A stretch of DNA of 64,000 bases from Callorhinchus milii (Eukaryota). Positions 63,866 through 64,000 of this stretch are shown here, one piece after another; the first letter of the stretch is position 1, and each line of letters opens with the position of its first letter. The stretch covers positions 94,304,001 to 94,368,000 of the forward strand of contig NW_024704742.1 in assembly GCF_018977255.1 (NCBI RefSeq), read 5' to 3'. The position numbers and the translations under genes are program-made. The notes beneath the pieces are model-generated. The model was not told the DNA's origin, made no database searches, and worked only from the letters and a program-made list of their open reading frames with translations.

Positions 63866-64000
63866 GCAGGCCACTGAAAGGAGTGGCCAGTACAGACAGG
63901 CTTCAGTTTGTGGATAAGTGGTCATTTCCTACCGTTCACGTTGGCATGTTGGATGTCGACAGCTTTGGTGGACTGATCATCAATGGTAGAGTGGTTATTG

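Overview
Vertebrate genomic DNA, most likely a cartilaginous fish. The cathepsin sequence and the repeat landscape resemble what I recall for the elephant shark Callorhinchus milii, but this is unverified. The window holds three intron-containing genes, all with canonical GT-AG splice sites that keep the reading frame. (1) The last five coding exons of muscle-type fructose-1,6-bisphosphatase FBP2 (+, 1090-20895). (2) A complete cathepsin L gene (-, ATG at 28624, stop at 23560, 338 aa, 7 coding exons). It has a probable non-coding exon 1 at about 31134-31315 and a TATA/CCAAT/GC-box/CLEAR-like promoter. (3) The last five coding exons of DAPK1 (-, 63335-50821; ROC-COR, death domain, Ser-rich tail). 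This is the conserved DAPK1-CTSL-FBP2 linkage. The rest is mostly non-LTR retroelements: many 5'-truncated L2-type LINEs with (TTG)n tails, one CR1 with an uninterrupted 557-codon RT frame, and tRNA-headed Deu-type SINEs that share the L2 3' stem-loop. There is also a 1.2 kb 21-bp minisatellite and about 2 kb of extreme low-complexity DNA in CTSL intron 1. I found no evidence of a new multi-gene system. The most interesting signals are small-scale: a 79-bp-arm hairpin with a template-switch signature, a 53-bp copy of CTSL exon sequence inside a CTSL intron, a triplicated DR4/CCAAT-bearing 40-mer in CTSL exon 1, and a copy-number-variable repeat inside the L2 3' UTR.
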